The notes under the pieces are model-generated. The model was not told the origin of the DNA, made no database searches, and was given only the letters and a program-made list of their open reading frames with translations. From NCBI GenBank assembly GCA_965238055.1, contig OZ250178.1, positions 2,924,791 to 2,988,790 of the forward strand: a stretch of DNA of 64,000 nt, read 5' to 3'. Every line of letters begins with the position of its first letter. The first letter of the stretch is position 1. The translations under genes were made by a program, and so were the position numbers. This DNA comes from Candidatus Foliamicus sp. Its GTDB lineage: Bacteria; Pseudomonadota; Gammaproteobacteria; Steroidobacterales; Foliamicaceae. Below are positions 30,525-40,930 of the stretch, in pieces.

Positions 30525-31349
30525 ACAGGTTCTCCTATCGTCATGATTCCGCTCACATAGTGCGTTGCGTCTAAAAGTTTGGAATGCGCATGAGATTACT
30601 TTCAAATTGGTCCACCCTCCTGGCGGACGGAAAAATTGCGACACATAGGCACAAGCCGATAGCGAATGATCGTACTGACATGATCTACCTCGATGACTCC
30701 AGGTTGTGTAAAGCAGCTTCTTGGCGCCAAGCATCTGCTCGGTCGCGCAAATGAGCTGGCCACTCTTCCGGGGGCAGGCGCCTGGCTCTCGTGACCACCT
30801 TAATGGACGGGGCGACGGCCGTCTTGACATGGTTGTCCAGCCACTTGAGCTGGGTCGGTCCAATAAGCTGCTCCAGATATTCGCGATGCGAGTTGAGGAG
30901 CGACTGTTTTCGTGCGTCATAGCGCTCAAAGAAACCTTCCGGTTCCAATATCTCCCTGAGCGTAACCCCATACGGCAACTGGATCACATGGCGAGGATCA
31001 ACTCCGGCGGGCAGCGGGGGCGCATTGCGAAGCGGAAAACGAGCCCGAATCTCCGAGCGCGCCTCATCCTCAATGCTCGTAAGTTGTCGCAGGTAGTCTT
31101 GCCCTGCCTGCAACACGGCATCGGCTTCAAAAGACTGCAGACCTCGAAGATTCTCCACAGGCGCAATCGCTTTGAGCGAAAGTGAATCGAGGGACGCGTA
31201 GAGCGCCTTCCAGGCGCGCCACTCCGGCACCGGTTTGTGTTCCGGCGGACCGTCGGTCAACGGCACCGGCGGCGGTACGATGATGTCTTTTAGTAGGGTC
31301 GCGAGATCCTCCGGATCTATCTCAGCATTGTTTCGTAACGGACCACTAG

Positions 31350-32989
31350 CCCGCATATTGCACGAGCACGATAGCGGCGCGACGAGATGGGATTTTGCGG
31401 AGCCTTGAACGCATGATCGTGCATTTGCGGACGTGAACGGGTCAGGAGAACCGCTCAATGGTTGCGATTTTGGCCTGTATAGGGCCGTTTTGCGGTCGCA
31501 GAGCGAGCGAACCGGGGGCTTTAAGCAAGCCTGGCGGAAAGCGGCTTTGAGGCGTTGTTATCCGGGCTTAAGCCGTGCAGCGGCCAGGGAGAACAGGTCC
31601 TGGTAGGGATGGGCGCTGGACAGCAACAACTGCACGCGGCGGGTGTTGCGCAGCACTACGGCGCCGATCTTCAAGAGCTTAAGCCGGATGGTGCCGACAT
31701 AAGCGCGGGCCAGTTCGGTGCCGGGGAGTGCGATCCGGCGGATGGTATTCAACAGCACGTAGGCCAAGGCCGATAACAGCACCCGATACTGGTTGGGCCA
31801 CCACTTGTGGCAACTTGTGCGGTCGGAGAACAGGTCCAGCTGCTGCTCTTTTATCCGGTTCTCCATATCGCCGCGAATGCAATACTCCGCGTCGTATAAG
31901 TGCTGCGGCGCACCGGCCAGGTTGGTCACGATGTAACGCGGGTTGGACCCCCGGGCGGAATATTCCGCTTTGACGATCACCCGCCGGGGTTGATCCCAGG
32001 TGTTGGCGGCATACCGGAACTCACCGAACTGCCGCTGCTTGTCTCCCGTGCGTTCAAACGCATCCTGCGCCTGGTTCAATAGGGGCTGGGCCAGCGCGTT
32101 CAGCCGCGTATTGCGGGCGATGCCGACGATGTAGCCCACATCGTGGCGGTCACACCATCGCAACATCCGCCAGCGGCAAAAGCCACTGTCGCCGCGGAAC
32201 ACGATCTTCACCTTCGGCCAGGCGCGGCGCAGCCGCTTGACCAGCAGCGCCAGGATCGCCCAGGCGTGCTTGGCTCCATCGATCTTGCTCTTGCGAAGAT
32301 AGCTCACCAAAAGCCGGTCCCCGCAAAACACATACAGTGGCAGAAAACAGTAAGCGTCGTAATAGCCGTGATAAAACCGGCCCTGCTGCTGACCATGCAC
32401 CCGGTCGTCGGTGGCGTCGAAGTCCAGCACCAAGCGCCGTGGCGGATGCTTATAAGAGTCAATGAACTGTTGAACCAAGACCTCGTGCAGCCGAACCGCC
32501 TCTTGGCGCCCGGCCCGATTCTCAAACCGGCACAAGGTCGAAGCGCTGGCCAAGACCCGATCCTTGTCCACCGCCGTTTGCAGCGCCAGGTCTCCGCGCA
32601 ACTCGTCGTGATCGTTTAAGTCCTCATAGCCCAGCGCCAAACCGTAGACCCGCTGGCGAACGATCGCCAAGGCATCATGAAAGCAACTGGCCCGGCGGCG
32701 GGACTGCTTGCAGCTTGACCGGCAAGGTCAAGCATCCGTCAGCACCTTGGCCACCCGCTCGGTCAGGCCCAACCGCCGGTCGGCCTCGCGAAGCAGCAAG
32801 ACGCCGCCGTTGGAGGTGATGTCGCCGCCGGAAAAACTGGCCTCAACCCGGCGTCCTTTACAGGTTGGAAATGGCAAGTGTTCTTGGATACAATCTGTCA
32901 TGGGCAAAGTGCCTTTCGATATCAGTGTAAGTACCTGTATTCTATCGAAAACCAAACACTTTGCCCCCTTTACTCATGCAATATGCGGG
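31350..32989 (-). mobile_element. IS1380-family element (1640 bp)
   Basis: IRs CCCGCATATTGCA and TGCAATATGCGGG; CTAG TSD at 31346-31349 and 32990-32993. Confidence 0.93.
31558..32901 (-). pseudogene. IS1380 transposase with an in-frame stop
   Basis: FSGGDITSNGG, GYEDLNDH, LDFDATDD, RGDSGF, RGDMENRIKE; TGA at 32728-32730. Confidence 0.88.
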
Positions 32990-33293
32990 CTAGAGGGCAG
33001 ATCCGAATGAGGCGCTAAGTTTTCAAAAATCTTGTTCTCGCCCGGCAGGGACTTGTCCGGCGGAACTTGATTGCCGTCATTGGGATCAAGAAAAACCAGA
33101 AATGCAACTGCTACGCAAACGAGAAGGCAGGCAATTGTTGTCCATTGCGACTTCTGCATGCACACTCACCTTTCCGTAACTACCAATATAGATATCGAGT
33201 CTACCGCCCGGGACGGCGCTATTGGCTTGTGCTCAGGCAATCAAAGCGCAGGCCGAGGCAACCGTTTGCTTTGCTGCCGAGGCGGCCAGCTTG

Positions 33294-34682
33294 TTAGTCG
33301 GAGTGCTGCTTGAGGCTGGCGATCGCCGTGGCTGGCGCCGTCGCGGGCGCCGCGACACCCATCACATGAACCTCGGTCGTGACGATCTCGCCCTTCTTCA
33401 CACGTTGCTCCCAGGCCACATGTGACGTTCCATCCGCTGCCGTCGCAATCACCGGGTAGCGTGAGTTGCCTTCTGGCGTGGGCAGCGGCCAGGGACCTAC
33501 AAAGGTCTCGCCGTGATCGTACGATTCCGCCATGTATAGCCGGTAAGGGCTCTTGCGACCTTCGCTAGAATGCCATACCAGGCGCACTACCCCGCTGGGC
33601 GTCACGGAAATAACCGGGGCGTCGCTGAACTTGGAGGTTGGATGCACGGGCACGGCATCCTCGAAATCCAGCGCTCCGTTGCTGGAGCGGCTGAACCAGA
33701 CGCCTTTGTGATCGGGGCCGGCGGAGTACGACACGGAATAGACATAGTTTTCGTTGACGGCCATGTCGGTGGGTTTGAGCGGGCAGCCGCCGATAATCCA
33801 GGGATCGATCGGCAAACGCGCCAATTCAGGCCAGGTAGCGCCCTGGTCGGTGGAACGAAGCACAACGCTGTCGCGGGAGCCGTCATCGAAGACATGCCGG
33901 TAGGACACCAGCATCGCATCATCCCCCACGAAGTCCGCTACCAATTGGCAACAGGGGCAGACAACCCCCCGCGCGAATTCGATTTCTTTGCCAAACGTTG
34001 CTCCTCCGTCCGACGAAGCGGCAGTAAACAGCGTGGCGCCTTCGTTCGAATCGCCCATGTAGCGCGTGTCCAGCCAGAAAGTATGCACTGTGCCATCCGG
34101 TCCCACCGCCATGGTTCCGAATGCGTGTGCCGCGCCCAGTTCTTCGCCCAGGAGCCCTCGCCCATCCTTGTTGACGTGCGAATTGAGCATAACGGCTTCG
34201 GAAAACGTCGCGCCCTTGTCCGTCGATCGCGTGTATTGAGACGCGATTACATCCAGCCGCGTTTGCGTGGAAAGCGCGTTGGCCGGATAGAAAATGTGGA
34301 CCGTTCCGTTGTTGTCGGTGCTGACTCGCGGCTTGCTGACCTGGAAACCCCAGATTACGCCGCGTTCATGGTTGACCATCGCCGGCGCCTCAAAGCTGGC
34401 GCCGCCATCATCGGATCGCGCAATCAACAAATCCACCGCGGAGCGATGACTGTGTTCGCCCGGTTTGCGCATCGGCGGCGGCCCTGTCGGCATGGGCCGG
34501 TCCAGCCATACGACATACAACTCGCCATCGGAAGAGACCGTGATTTCCGGGCTGAAGGAAGCCCTCTCGGGTGCTCCGAGTTTGTACTGGTAAAGGATTT
34601 CCGCCTTGCCCCACACCGCGGACGGCAGGAACAGAAAGGCGGCAACCAATGCGAGTGCGCTAATGTACGCTCTTTGCAACAT
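33294..34682 (-). CDS. Secreted BNR/Asp-box (sialidase-like beta-propeller) protein
   Basis: Signal peptide; repeated SxDxGxTF/W; CPCC motif. Confidence 0.82.
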   Translation of the reverse strand: MLQRAYISALALVAAFLFLPSAVWGKAEILYQYKLGAPERASFSPEITVSSDGELYVVWLDRPMPTGPPPMRKPGEHSHRSAVDLLIARSDDGGASFEAPAMVNHERGVIWGFQVSKPRVSTDNNGTVHIFYPANALSTQTRLDVIASQYTRSTDKGATFSEAVMLNSHVNKDGRGLLGEELGAAHAFGTMAVGPDGTVHTFWLDTRYMGDSNEGATLFTAASSDGGATFGKEIEFARGVVCPCCQLVADFVGDDAMLVSYRHVFDDGSRDSVVLRSTDQGATWPELARLPIDPWIIGGCPLKPTDMAVNENYVYSVSYSAGPDHKGVWFSRSSNGALDFEDAVPVHPTSKFSDAPVISVTPSGVVRLVWHSSEGRKSPYRLYMAESYDHGETFVGPWPLPTPEGNSRYPVIATAADGTSHVAWEQRVKKGEIVTTEVHVMGVAAPATAPATAIASLKQHSD

Positions 34683-34696
34683 GATCTTTTGCTCCG

Positions 34697-35293
34697 GTGA
34701 GCCTTACGCAACCAATCCTAAATAATACACCCGGGCGTGGTTCCATCCTTGCAGGGATTGTGGCCGTCGCGTCCCTTGCTCCCTGTACGGTTTGGCCGGG
34801 AGACGGAACACAGGAAGAATCCGTGGAACTCTTGGCAACGGAGCTTGAATACGTCAACGCCGAAGATCTCCTGCCACTTCTTGAGCAGCATCGCGGCAAG
34901 GTGGTCCTGGTGAACTTCTGGGCTACCTGGTGCGGCCCTTGCATACATGAGATTCCGGCGTTGATTCGCCTGAGGGAGAAACTGGATCCTTCGACCTTTG
35001 CCCTGGTGGCAATTTCCGTGGACGATCCTGCGGACTCCCCGTGGCTGGTTCCCGATTTTATAGAAACACGATTTCCCAAATGGAACAGCTACTTAAGCTC
35101 GGAAATTGAGGATTATCTTCTGGTTGAGGAACTGGATCCCTACTGGCCGGGAGTGCTGCCGGCGAACTACGTGATCGGTCCCGATGGCGCCGTTGCCCGG
35201 GCGATGCTGGGTGGACACAGTGAGGAGAAGTTCGAAAGCGCCATCGCCGCCGCCATGCAGGAAGGCGAAACGAGTTTGGACTCTTCGGATTGA
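34697..35293 (+). CDS. TlpA-family thiol:disulfide reductase
   Basis: VNFWATWCGPC; start codon uncertain. Confidence 0.85.
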   Translation: MSLTQPILNNTPGRGSILAGIVAVASLAPCTVWPGDGTQEESVELLATELEYVNAEDLLPLLEQHRGKVVLVNFWATWCGPCIHEIPALIRLREKLDPSTFALVAISVDDPADSPWLVPDFIETRFPKWNSYLSSEIEDYLLVEELDPYWPGVLPANYVIGPDGAVARAMLGGHSEEKFESAIAAAMQEGETSLDSSD

Positions 35294-35294
35294 C

Positions 35295-35322
35295 CCCCTG
35301 GTGTCGTGAAACGACATCGGGG
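35295..35322. terminator. Hairpin between convergent genes
   Basis: CCCCTGGTGTCG-TGAAA-CGACATCGGGG; no clear U-tract. Confidence 0.45.
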
Positions 35323-35336
35323 CCGTCTGACAGGCC

Positions 35337-36368
35337 CTAGGGGCTCACTCCCAGGCGCTTGTGCATGATGGGGCTGGTGGTCGTGTATTGAAGGTGGACC
35401 TTCTTCCCGGGGTTCAATAATTCCTTGGCCGCAAACGCCGCCAGCGCCGCTTCGTGGAAGCCGCTCAAGATGAGTTTTTTCTTTCCCGGGTAGTGGCAGA
35501 TATCGCCGATGGCGAAGATGCCCTCAACGTTCGTCTGGAACTTTTCCGGGTCCACGTTGACCGTCTTGCGGTTCATGTCCAGGCCCCATTCGGCGATTGG
35601 CCCCAGCTTTGGCGCCAGGCCAAAGAACACCAGTAATTCATCCACTTCCAGTGGTTCCTGTTCAATGTCGCCCACCGTCAGTGTGACTGCCTTGAGGACT
35701 TCGTCTTCGAGGTGCAGGCCTGTAGCGCGAGCATTTTCCTGTAGCGCAGCCCTGCCCTGCGCCACGAGATCCTTGAACTGCGCCACGGATGCGGGCGCCG
35801 CGCGATACTCCTCACGCCTGTGGACCAGCGTTACCGATGTGGCAATACCGTGCAGTTCGAGCGCCCAGTCCAGCGCCGAATCGCCACCTCCGAGGATCAA
35901 CAGGCGATTGTCCTTGAAGCGCGAAGAGTCCTTTACGCGGTAGTGCAGCTGGCGCCCTTCAATAGTGTCAGCCCCATCGAGCCGAATCCTGCGAGGCTGA
36001 AACGAGCCTACTCCGCCGGCCAGGAACAATGTGCGAGCCGTAAATCGGGTTCCCGCCGCGGTTTCAATGCGAAAGCCCTCCCCTTCTCCCAATGGCTCCA
36101 CTACCGTGACTTCCTGTCCCAGGTGGAATTGCGGGGCGAAGGGTTCGATCTGCTTGAGCAGGGCATCCACCAGCTCTTGCGCGCTCAGTACCGGGATCGC
36201 CGGAATGTCATAGATGGGTTTGTCGGGGTAGAGCTCCGAGCATTGGCCGCCTGGCTCCCGGAGTGCGTCGACGAGGTGTGCCTTGACGCCCAGCAATCCC
36301 AACTCGAAGACCTGGAATAGCCCGCAGGGCCCGGCGCCTACGATCAGTGCATCAGTTTGAATGGTCAT
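35337..36368 (-). CDS. Ferredoxin-NADP reductase (TrxR-type)
   Basis: GAGPCG, GGQCSELYPDKPIYDIP, GGGDSALDW, YPGKKKLILSGFHE. Confidence 0.9.
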   Translation of the reverse strand: MTIQTDALIVGAGPCGLFQVFELGLLGVKAHLVDALREPGGQCSELYPDKPIYDIPAIPVLSAQELVDALLKQIEPFAPQFHLGQEVTVVEPLGEGEGFRIETAAGTRFTARTLFLAGGVGSFQPRRIRLDGADTIEGRQLHYRVKDSSRFKDNRLLILGGGDSALDWALELHGIATSVTLVHRREEYRAAPASVAQFKDLVAQGRAALQENARATGLHLEDEVLKAVTLTVGDIEQEPLEVDELLVFFGLAPKLGPIAEWGLDMNRKTVNVDPEKFQTNVEGIFAIGDICHYPGKKKLILSGFHEAALAAFAAKELLNPGKKVHLQYTTTSPIMHKRLGVSP

Positions 36369-36449
36369 AACGGGTTCCGGGCCGTTCCCAAACGGGACAA
36401 GCCGCGAGCGGAATTATAAGTTGGGGCGCCGGAGCGATACACTTGCGCC

Positions 36450-38189
36450 ATGAAAACCAGCGCCCGCCCGCTCATCCTGTTTGGCGCCGCCCTGCTGATA
36501 TTGACGGCGGGTTTCGGGCTGCGCGATCCCTGGCCGCCGAACGAGCCGGAGAACGCGCTGGCGGCTGCCGAAATGCTGCGGCACGGCAGTTGGCTGGCGC
36601 CTACACTCGCCGGAGAACTGTTCGTCCAGCAGGGACCCCTGTATCTCTGGATACTGGCGGTCTTCCAATGGTTGTTCGGCATGCGTGTCGGGTTCCTGTT
36701 GCCGTCTTTTCTCGCCGGCGTCGGTATTCTCTGGCTCACCTACGACCTGGCCCGAAGAATCTGGGACGATTCGGCGGCTTTCTGGTCCGGCGCCGCGTTG
36801 TTGGGTTGTGTGCAATTTGCGCTTCAGGCGCATGGAGCCGGCGGCGACATCGTGCAATGCTTCTTCATCGTCCTGGGCTTGTATGGCCTGGCGCGCCATC
36901 TCCTGCTGGGGCCCGCATGGCGCTATTTCCTGCTGGGTTGCGCGGGTTGTTCTCTGGGGCTGATGTTCGATATTTCCGGCTTGCTTCCGCTGTTGCTGTT
37001 CGCACCCTGGCTGTGGGTTGTGCGCCGCCGTTGGCTGAGACAAAGGCTGGATTGGGATGTGAAATGGCTGGCCGGCCTGGGTGTCCTTGTGGCGGCGCCC
37101 GGGTTATGGCTGATACTGCTCTGGACCGCCGATTCCGAAGCGGTTGCAACCTACAGGACGATGCTGCCGGCAGTCTGGCCCCTGGGCGCCGGGCCTACGT
37201 CCTGGAACGACCTTTATCCCTTTTGGTACTACATCGTCCAGGTGGCGCCGTGGGCGTGCTTCCCCCTGGTCCTTACGCTGCCATGGATGCGTTATGGATG
37301 GACGGAGGGTCTGCGCAGGCGGGACCCTGCCCTGCTTTGTCTGATCACCTGGTTCTCCGCGGTATTGCTGCTACTCTCGATCAGCCAGGCGAAGCAAGCG
37401 GCTGATTTCCTGCCGATACTTCCCGCGTTGGCGCTGGCCTGTGGTCCGCATCTCTCAGGGGCGCTACAGAGATTACATTGCCGCCGCACGCTGATGCTGG
37501 GAATGATGGCGGTGCTCCTGGCGCTGCTCATCCCCATGTTGCTGGTCTACGGTGTGGCGCCCACCAATGAGCCGGCGATCACGTCACTGTCCGACGGATC
37601 CCCCTTCTGGTTCAACCTGCTGAATCCCTCGCGCCTGGCCTTGCTGCTGGAGATCAACTCCGTTCATCCGGTCGTCGTGCCCTTCCTGATCGTCGCGAGC
37701 GTTGCTGGCCTGGGCGGACTCCTTGCGGCGGGAAGCCGGCGGGCGGCCGCCGTGACCGGCTGCATCATCGTGTACTTCTGGATGCTGCTGGGGTGGGGGA
37801 CGTTTTCACTGCTGAACGAGGGCCGCTCGGGCAAGGCGATCACGACCGCAGCACTGGTTAACCTTCCTGAAGGCACGGAACTGGGGCTGGCCGACTGGCG
37901 CGCCCAGCAATTGCTGCATATGGACCGGCCCGTCACCCATTTCGGGCGCCGCCGCGCCGACCGCCGGCAGGAAATTCTCGATGCCTCCGCCTGGTTGAGC
38001 GCCGCTCCCGGCAGGATACTGCTGGCGCCCGAGGAGTATCGATCCTGGTGCTTCAGAAACGGGTCCGGAATCCCCTTGGGCTATGCTCACCGCAGAAACT
38101 GGTACCTGCTCGATCCCGCCACGCTCCGCCCCGAGTGCCGGCTGGACGAGCCCCCAAAACGCGTCGTGCACTTCTCCGGCTGGCGCTGA
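36450..38189 (+). CDS. ArnT-like (GT-C) membrane glycosyltransferase
   Basis: LRDPWPPNE, multiple TM helices, PFWYY. Confidence 0.75.
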   Translation: MKTSARPLILFGAALLILTAGFGLRDPWPPNEPENALAAAEMLRHGSWLAPTLAGELFVQQGPLYLWILAVFQWLFGMRVGFLLPSFLAGVGILWLTYDLARRIWDDSAAFWSGAALLGCVQFALQAHGAGGDIVQCFFIVLGLYGLARHLLLGPAWRYFLLGCAGCSLGLMFDISGLLPLLLFAPWLWVVRRRWLRQRLDWDVKWLAGLGVLVAAPGLWLILLWTADSEAVATYRTMLPAVWPLGAGPTSWNDLYPFWYYIVQVAPWACFPLVLTLPWMRYGWTEGLRRRDPALLCLITWFSAVLLLLSISQAKQAADFLPILPALALACGPHLSGALQRLHCRRTLMLGMMAVLLALLIPMLLVYGVAPTNEPAITSLSDGSPFWFNLLNPSRLALLLEINSVHPVVVPFLIVASVAGLGGLLAAGSRRAAAVTGCIIVYFWMLLGWGTFSLLNEGRSGKAITTAALVNLPEGTELGLADWRAQQLLHMDRPVTHFGRRRADRRQEILDASAWLSAAPGRILLAPEEYRSWCFRNGSGIPLGYAHRRNWYLLDPATLRPECRLDEPPKRVVHFSGWR

Positions 38190-38207
38190 CTTCGCTGCAG
38201 CAGCAGT

Positions 38208-38819
38208 CTAGTCTGCGCCGGGTAGCCCCATCCACTGCCCTTCGCGCCAGTACCAAATCACGGACGCCTTTTCCAGAAAATTGTCATCGATACCGTCGTG
38301 ATCGAGAGGAGGTAGATCGATAGGAGGTACAGGAAGTTCAATGTCTTCATACCACTCGTGGTATCTGCGGATGGTTTGCGGGCTCGCTACTACGATTCTG
38401 CGGGAGAAATAGTAGTGCCTGCTGCCCGCCGCTGCTTCTTGCAAGTAACTGCGGTCCGGCTGTGGGGCCAGCTCATCCACGCGCTCAACAAGCCCGCTGC
38501 GGAAAACCAGAATCGAAGAGATTTGTTGACGAGAGCACAGCACCGCAATGTCCTGGGTTTTTGCCTGCGTAAATCGTCCCAGGATCACATTGTTGAGACT
38601 CTTGGGGTGGAACGCCTGCGGGATCGTGCAACCCCTTTTCTTGAGATCCTCTCTTACTACCCCGGGAAGCTCGTCGAACGCATCCGGCGAGAGCCGCGTA
38701 ACGTTGTCTTCGCTGGCACTGCTTAGGCTACCTGCCGTTTCTTGGGTACCAAGTACTACGGCAGCGGGGAGTATTGCTGCGAGGATGCAAAGCCCAGCCA
38801 TCCTGGGCAAGTTAGACAT
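38208..38819 (-). CDS. Secreted hypothetical protein
   Basis: Signal-like N-terminus, RGCTIPQ, HDGIDD.F.EKAS; start codon uncertain. Confidence 0.6.
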   Translation of the reverse strand: MSNLPRMAGLCILAAILPAAVVLGTQETAGSLSSASEDNVTRLSPDAFDELPGVVREDLKKRGCTIPQAFHPKSLNNVILGRFTQAKTQDIAVLCSRQQISSILVFRSGLVERVDELAPQPDRSYLQEAAAGSRHYYFSRRIVVASPQTIRRYHEWYEDIELPVPPIDLPPLDHDGIDDNFLEKASVIWYWREGQWMGLPGAD

Positions 38820-38875
38820 GCCAATTGATGCAGAAATAAGACGACTGATCTTATCTTTCGTCAAGAGCAAGCGAA

Positions 38876-39214
38876 TCAGCACTGAGCCAGCAGTCCTGCT
38901 TCCGGTGAAATTTCCTGAACCAGATTGTTCTTGATTCCTGATATTACAGCCTGTCCTTCAGCCTCCTCCAGCACTACTCCGATTCCTCGCCGGCGGCCCC
39001 GAGAGCGGCCCTCTGCGCTGATCCAGGCAACGCGGCCGGCGACGCTGTGTTTCGCTCCGCCCGGCAGTTGCACCAGAAGCACCAGCTCTTCGGCCAATGC
39101 GTGTTCCCGCCTTGTCGCAACAAAAAGTCCGGCGGGTTTCAGGAAAGGTATCCAGGCTCTTGCGACGGCTTCGGGATCCTCAAGCACCAGGGAATAAAAG
39201 CCCGGGACCTTCAT
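38876..39214 (-). CDS. pilZ: Type IV pilus PilZ-like protein
   Basis: PFLKPAGLFVAT, GRVAWI; directly after holB. Confidence 0.75.
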   Translation of the reverse strand: MKVPGFYSLVLEDPEAVARAWIPFLKPAGLFVATRREHALAEELVLLVQLPGGAKHSVAGRVAWISAEGRSRGRRRGIGVVLEEAEGQAVISGIKNNLVQEISPEAGLLAQC

Positions 39215-40185
39215 TTGCCGACACAAAAGCCACCGTACCAGTCTTGCAGGAGCACTGCGAGAGCCAGTTCCTCATTGGTGCTGAAGCGCTCGGTTCGACG
39301 GTAGCCCATGACCTTCTCCAAATGATCAAAGCTGTGTCGAATCATGTCTTGGCGCCGGTCCGCCGACAAGCGAGAAATACGGCGCTTCTGGGCATTATTT
39401 TCCGCTGAAGTCCAATCCCGTACTCGTCGAGAGGCGCACCGGAACAGAAAGTCGCAACAGAATCGCAGCGGCAGGTCCTTCCAGTTTCGTGCAACTTCGA
39501 CCGGCGTTGCGGAACGCCTTTCCAGCGTTGCGAGCTGGACACTCATCGCCCTGGCCCGTTCGTCCAGGCCTTCTGCGTGCAAGTCCCTGGCCAGCAAGGG
39601 GCCGCCTCCGGCCAGGCGCAGCGCATTGTCCCAATTCACGCCTGCTTCCTGATCGGAAAGCCAGCGGATCGCGGAGTCCGAGGGCACTGCGGGTGTTTGC
39701 ACCAGCCGGCAACGACTGATGATAGTGGCCGGCAATGGCGCCGGGTTTTCGGCGACCAGCAGGATGTAGCTGTCGGGCCTTGGTTCTTCAAGAATCTTGA
39801 GGAGACTGTTCGCTGCCGAGCGTGTCATCGTCTCCGCCGGGCAAATCGCCGAAACTCGCGCGCCCTCCCCATAGGTGCTCAGCAGCATGAAATCGATCAA
39901 TTCGCGGATCTTCTCCACTGAGAGTGATTTGCCGGTCTCGGGTGCGGCTGGATGAAGATTCGCGTGAAGGGTGGTTTCGGGCGCCGTTTCCGCGGGCCAG
40001 ACAGCCCGCTCCGCATTCAGAATTCGCTGAGCCAACCAGGCGGCAAGACGGCGGCGGCCGGTGCCGCGTTGACCACATATCAGTAAGGCATGCGCCAATT
40101 GTCCCTCTTGAATTTGTGTTTCAAACTCTGCCTCCAGGGACTCAAGCCAGGGAAGCGCAGTTCCATGTGTCGGCGCTGAGTTCAC
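39211..40185 (-). CDS. holB: DNA polymerase III delta' subunit
   Basis: HALLICG, AANSLLKILEEP, TIISRC; follows tmk. Confidence 0.88.
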   Translation of the reverse strand: MNSAPTHGTALPWLESLEAEFETQIQEGQLAHALLICGQRGTGRRRLAAWLAQRILNAERAVWPAETAPETTLHANLHPAAPETGKSLSVEKIRELIDFMLLSTYGEGARVSAICPAETMTRSAANSLLKILEEPRPDSYILLVAENPAPLPATIISRCRLVQTPAVPSDSAIRWLSDQEAGVNWDNALRLAGGGPLLARDLHAEGLDERARAMSVQLATLERRSATPVEVARNWKDLPLRFCCDFLFRCASRRVRDWTSAENNAQKRRISRLSADRRQDMIRHSFDHLEKVMGYRRTERFSTNEELALAVLLQDWYGGFCVGK

Positions 40186-40246
40186 AGTATGGATTTAATA
40201 AAAAACATATATGTCAGTTATATATATAAAATATATAGAATAATAT

Positions 40247-40879
40247 TTAAGTATTGGAAGTCATGAATTCTCGCAGGATATCCACCAATTCGGTGTTGAC
40301 CTTGGCTAGTGCTTGCGAGGCATCCACAATTTGATAGGCCGCACCGCCGGCTGCCGCTCGTTTGAGGTAACCGTTGCGGACTCGTTCGAAGAACTCAGGA
40401 CTTTCGCGCTCGAACCGGTCGTTGCTTTGTGCTCCGCCCTTGCGGGAAAGCCCGACGCTGACAGGAGTGTCCAGGAGAATGTTGAGGTCGGGTCGCAGGT
40501 CGCCCAGGACCTGCATTTCAAGCATCTCCACATGCTCAACCGGAATGCCGCGCCCGTATGCCTGGTAGGCGTAACTGGAATCCACAAAGCGGTCACAAAG
40601 GACCCACGCCCCCCCTTCCAGTGCAGGCAGGATTACTTCGCGCACCGACGCGCTGCGCGCCGCGAACATCAGGAGCAGCTCGGCCTGGGGCGACAGGTCG
40701 GTGACTGCCGGATCCAGCAGGATATCTCTCAGGCGTTCTCCCAGCGCCGTGCCTCCGGGTTCGCGTGCCGGGACTACCGGTATGCCCTGCCCCTTCAGCC
40801 AGTCTGACAGGAACGCCGTATGCGTGGACTTGCCGACGCCTTCTATGCCTTCCAGGACTACGAATCGGCCGCGGCTCAT
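40247..40879 (-). CDS. tmk: Thymidylate kinase
   Basis: EGIEGVGKST, REPGGT, DRFVDSSYAYQ. Confidence 0.95.
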   Translation of the reverse strand: MSRGRFVVLEGIEGVGKSTHTAFLSDWLKGQGIPVVPAREPGGTALGERLRDILLDPAVTDLSPQAELLLMFAARSASVREVILPALEGGAWVLCDRFVDSSYAYQAYGRGIPVEHVEMLEMQVLGDLRPDLNILLDTPVSVGLSRKGGAQSNDRFERESPEFFERVRNGYLKRAAAGGAAYQIVDASQALAKVNTELVDILREFMTSNT

Positions 40880-40930
40880 GTCAGTGCCTTGAGAACTCGC
40901 GTGACACGACACTAGTCATACGGAGCGAGT

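Larger units (their letters stand above)
30685..33159 (-). pseudogene. Membrane-anchored hypothetical protein (276 aa when restored) split by IS1380
   Basis: Removing the IS and one CTAG joins ...HSDLPS to SGPLRNNAEID... in frame (831 nt). Confidence 0.75.

Noticed and set aside
30525-30971. N-terminal extension of the 418-aa ORF
   Set aside because: It overlaps another gene; the RBS and signal peptide point to a start at 30524
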